From positions 13,523 to 77,522 of the forward strand of contig DPHB01000024.1 of assembly GCA_003521845.1 (NCBI GenBank): DNA of 64,000 nt. The letters run 5' to 3'. The stretch's first letter is position 1. Each line of letters starts with the position of its first letter. This document shows, in pieces, positions 60,293-64,000 of this stretch. Both the position numbers and the translations under genes were made by a program. The stretch is from Oceanospirillaceae bacterium (GTDB lineage Bacteria; Pseudomonadota; Gammaproteobacteria; Pseudomonadales; Balneatricaceae). A model generated the notes under the pieces. It ran no database searches. It was given only the letters and a program-made list of their open reading frames with translations, and was not told the origin of the DNA.

Positions 60293-60946
60293 CTATTTTG
60301 GGCCGAATACAGGTTCAGGAAAGATTATCAACTCATCCGCTTCTTGCCAGGCTTTAAATTTGGGCATAATCACCTTAAAGGCAGCTGAATCAAGAAACGC
60401 TTGTAACCAATCCCGTAGCGCAGAATATTGGCTAGACCAAAACCACTGTGGATCAACGCCGGCAAACTGGCGTACAAATGGCCACAGCGCCAAATCTGCA
60501 AGGTCTGGGCTGGTGCCACCCAAATAAGCTTGTTGTTGCAATACAGACTCTAGTGCTTGCAAGGTAACTTCGGCCTTTTGCCGATAGTCGGTTTGCGGGG
60601 CTTCTGGGTGACGATCAAAATATTTATAACGATCTAGCCAAGGTTTAAACTCGTCATCGTTGCGTTGCACCCAAGCCAAGGCCTGTGCTCTATTACGTAA
60701 CAACGCCAGTGGGTCTGATGCCTCTAAAGCCCAAAGCATGATATCTACACTTTCATCTACTACTTGCCCGCTGGCCAACACCAGCACGGGCACCGTGCCT
60801 TTTGGTGATGCTTGTAACATAGCTTGCGGCTTGTTTTTTAAGACAATTTCTCGTAGCTCTACTTGGCTTTGGGCGTAATACAAAGCCAAGCGCGCACGCA
60901 TGGCATAGGGACAACGGCGAAACGAATAGAGTACGGGACTAGTCAT
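60293..60946 (-). CDS. Glutathione S-transferase family protein
   Basis: LYSFRRCPYAMRAR, SPKGTVPVL and DES motifs; ATG at 60946. Confidence 0.9.
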   Translation of the reverse strand: MTSPVLYSFRRCPYAMRARLALYYAQSQVELREIVLKNKPQAMLQASPKGTVPVLVLASGQVVDESVDIMLWALEASDPLALLRNRAQALAWVQRNDDEFKPWLDRYKYFDRHPEAPQTDYRQKAEVTLQALESVLQQQAYLGGTSPDLADLALWPFVRQFAGVDPQWFWSSQYSALRDWLQAFLDSAAFKVIMPKFKAWQEADELIIFPEPVFGPK

Positions 60947-60948
60947 TA

Positions 60949-62448
60949 TTAGGTTCCACAAAAAGTGTTGGCAATAATTTGTTCGGCTTGTGGTGGAATT
61001 GCTAAATATTGCCATTGAGGGTCATAAGCAAAAGGCTTGCCCGTCGCTGTAAGCAGATCATTGGTGAGACTAAGGTCACCTTTATAGCTGGCCTTAATGG
61101 CGGCATCCACAAGGTGGTTGCGGGGTATGAAGATGGGGTTATTTTGCGCCATCAAGGCTAAGCTATCGGCTTTATGCCCTTGCGTTGCTATTACCGCCAG
61201 CCACTTCTCTTGCCATGCCATTAGATCATCCGTCGGAGTGTAAACGGCTTCTGGCAATCCGTACTGCTGTTTATCAATGGTCTCATCAGTGACTAGCAAA
61301 GCCATCAGGTAACGAAAGCTCAAGGTATAGTCCAAATCCCCGGCTTGCAGAATATGCAACAGCTCGGTCACGAGTTCAGCATGGCTGGCCGTCAAGCCCA
61401 GCTTAGCCGCCATAAGTTGCGCATAGGCCTGCTCGTATTGCATCTGATAATCGTTTAGCGCGGTTTGCGCCTCAGCCACCGCTTGGTCTTTATCCTCACC
61501 CATAATAGGCAATAAGGTTTCGGCAAAGCGCACTAGGTTCCACTGGCCAATGCCGGGTTGGTTGTCATATCGATAACGACCTTGACGATCAATAAAGCTA
61601 AACACCTGTTGCGGGAAATAATCATCCATAAAGGCACAGGGACCATAATCAATGGTTTGCCCACACACCAACATATTGTCGGTATTCATGACGCCGTGAA
61701 TAAAACCAATGCTCATCCACTGGGCGATCAAGTTAGCCTGCTTAGCAATCACGGCCTGCAACAAATCGAGATAAGGCATGTCACTTGCCGGCATATCAGC
61801 AAAGTGCCGGTCACTGACATAATCGGCTAAGGCTTGTACGACTTCTGGCCCTTGCATGGCGGCGTATTGAAAACTGCCAACGCGTATATGACTGTCGGCG
61901 ATACGGGTCAGTACCGCGCCGGGTTCGGCACCCTGTTGTCGCCAAACATTGTCACCTGTAGCCATGGCAGCCAAGCTGCGACTTGTTGGCACACCCAAGG
62001 CCGCCATGGCCTCGCTAACCAGGTACTCTCGTATTACTGGGCCTAAAGGTGAGCGTCCGTCGCCCTGACGGGAATAAGGTGTGACACCGGAGCCTTTGAG
62101 CTGTATATCTACACGTGCACCAGCAGGACTGATTAATTCACCCAAAAGATGGGCGCGGCCATCCCCCAAACGTGGGTTGAGCTGGCCAAACTGGTGCCCC
62201 GTATAGGCCGTGGCAATACTGCCTTGACCTGCTGCTAGACCCTGTAATGAATGGTTGCCCGACAATACCTGCAAGGCGTCTTCACTGTGCAACCAAGTCT
62301 CATCGATACCCAAGTCACTGGCCAAAGCTGTATTCAGCAATAAGCTTTGTGGTTGTGTCACCTCGCCTGGCTGCGCTTTAGAATACATAATTTCTGGCAG
62401 TTGGCTAAAGCTCAATTCTAGATTGGGTGCCGATGCGGTATTGGTCAT
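60949..62448 (-). CDS. selO: Protein adenylyltransferase SelO/YdiU
   Basis: YTGHQFG..LGDGR, QLKGSG.TPYSR.GDGR, HGVMNTDN, IDYGP and C-terminal TFCGT. Confidence 0.95.
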   Translation of the reverse strand: MTNTASAPNLELSFSQLPEIMYSKAQPGEVTQPQSLLLNTALASDLGIDETWLHSEDALQVLSGNHSLQGLAAGQGSIATAYTGHQFGQLNPRLGDGRAHLLGELISPAGARVDIQLKGSGVTPYSRQGDGRSPLGPVIREYLVSEAMAALGVPTSRSLAAMATGDNVWRQQGAEPGAVLTRIADSHIRVGSFQYAAMQGPEVVQALADYVSDRHFADMPASDMPYLDLLQAVIAKQANLIAQWMSIGFIHGVMNTDNMLVCGQTIDYGPCAFMDDYFPQQVFSFIDRQGRYRYDNQPGIGQWNLVRFAETLLPIMGEDKDQAVAEAQTALNDYQMQYEQAYAQLMAAKLGLTASHAELVTELLHILQAGDLDYTLSFRYLMALLVTDETIDKQQYGLPEAVYTPTDDLMAWQEKWLAVIATQGHKADSLALMAQNNPIFIPRNHLVDAAIKASYKGDLSLTNDLLTATGKPFAYDPQWQYLAIPPQAEQIIANTFCGT

Positions 62449-62611
62449 GGAGCCTCTTGTGGTCAAGCCCGAAGTAAAAAGTAGGAGGGGATTAGTTTAC
62501 CGTAAACAACAGGCCTTGCGCGGCAAATAAACTAAAAACTGCAATATTTTACAAGTCCTAGGCTGCAGAGTTTGGCATAATCATCACACCCTCATTAGTG
62601 GCCACAAAGAC

Positions 62612-63661
62612 ATGAATCATATTAGCGCCTTCCACAGTGACAATACAGCCGGTGCATCACCGGCTATAGCCCAAGCTATGCTCGAAGCATGCACGGACTT
62701 ACAGCTACCCTACGGCAATGACCAATACAGCCATCACGTAGAACAGCAATTGTGTGACATTTTTGAAACCCAAGTCAGTGTCTTTCTAGTACCCACGGGT
62801 ACCGCCGCCAACTGTCTAAGCTTAGCCTGTATGACACCACCTTGGGGAGCCGTGCTATGTCATCCCGAAAGTCATATTAATAACGACGAATGTGGTGCGC
62901 CAGAGTTCTTTACCAGTGGTGCTAAGCTCATCAGCGTAGCGGGAGATGACAGCAAAATAAACCCTCATACCTTGGCACAGCAAGCACAAATCAAACGCGG
63001 TGATGTACACTCAGTACAAGCAAGCTGTGTGAGTATTTCACAGGCTACTGAAAGCGGCAGTGTTTATAGCCTTGCAGAAATTCAGGCCATCAGCGCGGCC
63101 TGCGAAGAGCATAACCTCGCCCTGCATATGGACGGCGCACGCTTTGCCAACGCGCTAGTTAGTTTGGCTTGTACACCGGCCGAGATGACCTGGAAAGCTG
63201 GCGTCAAAGCCTTGTCTTTTGGTGCCACCAAAAACGGGGCTCTTGGCGTCGATGCCATTGTCTTGTTTGATCAAAGCTTAGCCAAGGAACTGGCATTTAG
63301 GCGTAAACGCAGTGGCCACTTGTTATCTAAAATGCGCTTATTTAGTGCCCAAATGCAGGCCTACTTAAGTGATGATTTATGGCTAAAGAATGCCCACCAT
63401 GCCAATGCTATGGCCAGCCGTTTAGAGCAGGGGCTAGCCGATATTCCTGGCGTCAGCATGCTCGGTAAAACGCAATCCAATATTTTGTTTTGCCGATTGC
63501 CAGATGACTATATTCAACGCTTGCTGGATTTGGGCTTTGGTTTTTATCATGATCGCTGGGGCAAGGGCATAATTCGCTTAGTCACCAGCTTTGCCCATAC
63601 AGAACAGCAAATAGACTGCTTTATTGACGCCACTTGTCAGCTGGCCGAAGCTAGCATATAG
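62612..63661 (+). CDS. ltaE: Low-specificity L-threonine aldolase
   Basis: [18 protein letters not shown] and SFGATKNG motifs. Confidence 0.9.
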   Translation: MNHISAFHSDNTAGASPAIAQAMLEACTDLQLPYGNDQYSHHVEQQLCDIFETQVSVFLVPTGTAANCLSLACMTPPWGAVLCHPESHINNDECGAPEFFTSGAKLISVAGDDSKINPHTLAQQAQIKRGDVHSVQASCVSISQATESGSVYSLAEIQAISAACEEHNLALHMDGARFANALVSLACTPAEMTWKAGVKALSFGATKNGALGVDAIVLFDQSLAKELAFRRKRSGHLLSKMRLFSAQMQAYLSDDLWLKNAHHANAMASRLEQGLADIPGVSMLGKTQSNILFCRLPDDYIQRLLDLGFGFYHDRWGKGIIRLVTSFAHTEQQIDCFIDATCQLAEASI

Positions 63662-63786
63662 AATATATCCGTTACGGGTAGCTATATGCTGACCGCTACG
63701 CACCAGTAGAAACACCTTTATATTGCATGCTAGGGAGATGATCAATAAAATCCCTGTATGAGTCATTTTATTATGAGCACTATGCC

Positions 63787-64000
63787 ATGAGCTTCGAAAG
63801 CGCCCTTACATTTTTAGCTGCCATCTTCATATTTGGCATTACGCCCGGCCCTGGTGTATTTGCCATTCTGGCTCGTGCTCTGCTACATGGTGCGCGATCC
63901 TGCTTAGCCCTATCCTTGGGTATGATTGTTAGTGATATCGTCTACCTAGTCGCTGCCTGCTTCGGTCTTGCCGCCCTAGCAACACACTGGGGCGAGGTAT
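63787..64000 (+). CDS. LysE-family translocator (partial)
   Basis: Manual translation MSFESALTFLAAIFIFGITPGPGVFAILARAL...; runs off the window. Confidence 0.85.
   Translation, partial: MSFESALTFLAAIFIFGITPGPGVFAILARALLHGARSCLALSLGMIVSDIVYLVAACFGLAALATHWGEV

Noticed and set aside
60949..60960. Selenocysteine in SelO
   Set aside because: The gene ends TGT GGA ACC TAA; there is no in-frame TGA

Overview
Chromosomal window from a bacterium that gene content suggests is a marine gammaproteobacterium (inference). It holds about 50 protein genes and no rRNA, tRNA or CRISPR array that I could find. Recognisable blocks: an ArgR-regulated arginine succinyltransferase operon in which an M20 hydrolase stands where astE is missing; an itaconate/C5-dicarboxylate-type CoA cluster; a diaminopropionate ammonia-lyase/M20/PhyH cluster; BrnTA; recCBD; dgt; ycaQ; mmsA; selO-GST; ltaE. 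The best candidate for an undescribed system is a compact operon at 24.15-28.76 kb. It encodes B12-dependent glutamate (methylaspartate) mutase S, E and L followed by an amino-acid-type adenylation enzyme, with no methylaspartate ammonia-lyase, and lies between a TA pair and a Y1/RAYT-like transposase with terminal inverted repeats. A second candidate is a racemase-fold/sulfotransferase-like/FrhB/Rieske cluster at 45.3-49.5 kb. The intergenic DNA carries at least four families of short palindromic repeats, one nested inside the others, and two gene remnants end at such repeats. All family calls come from reading motifs by eye; no searches were run.
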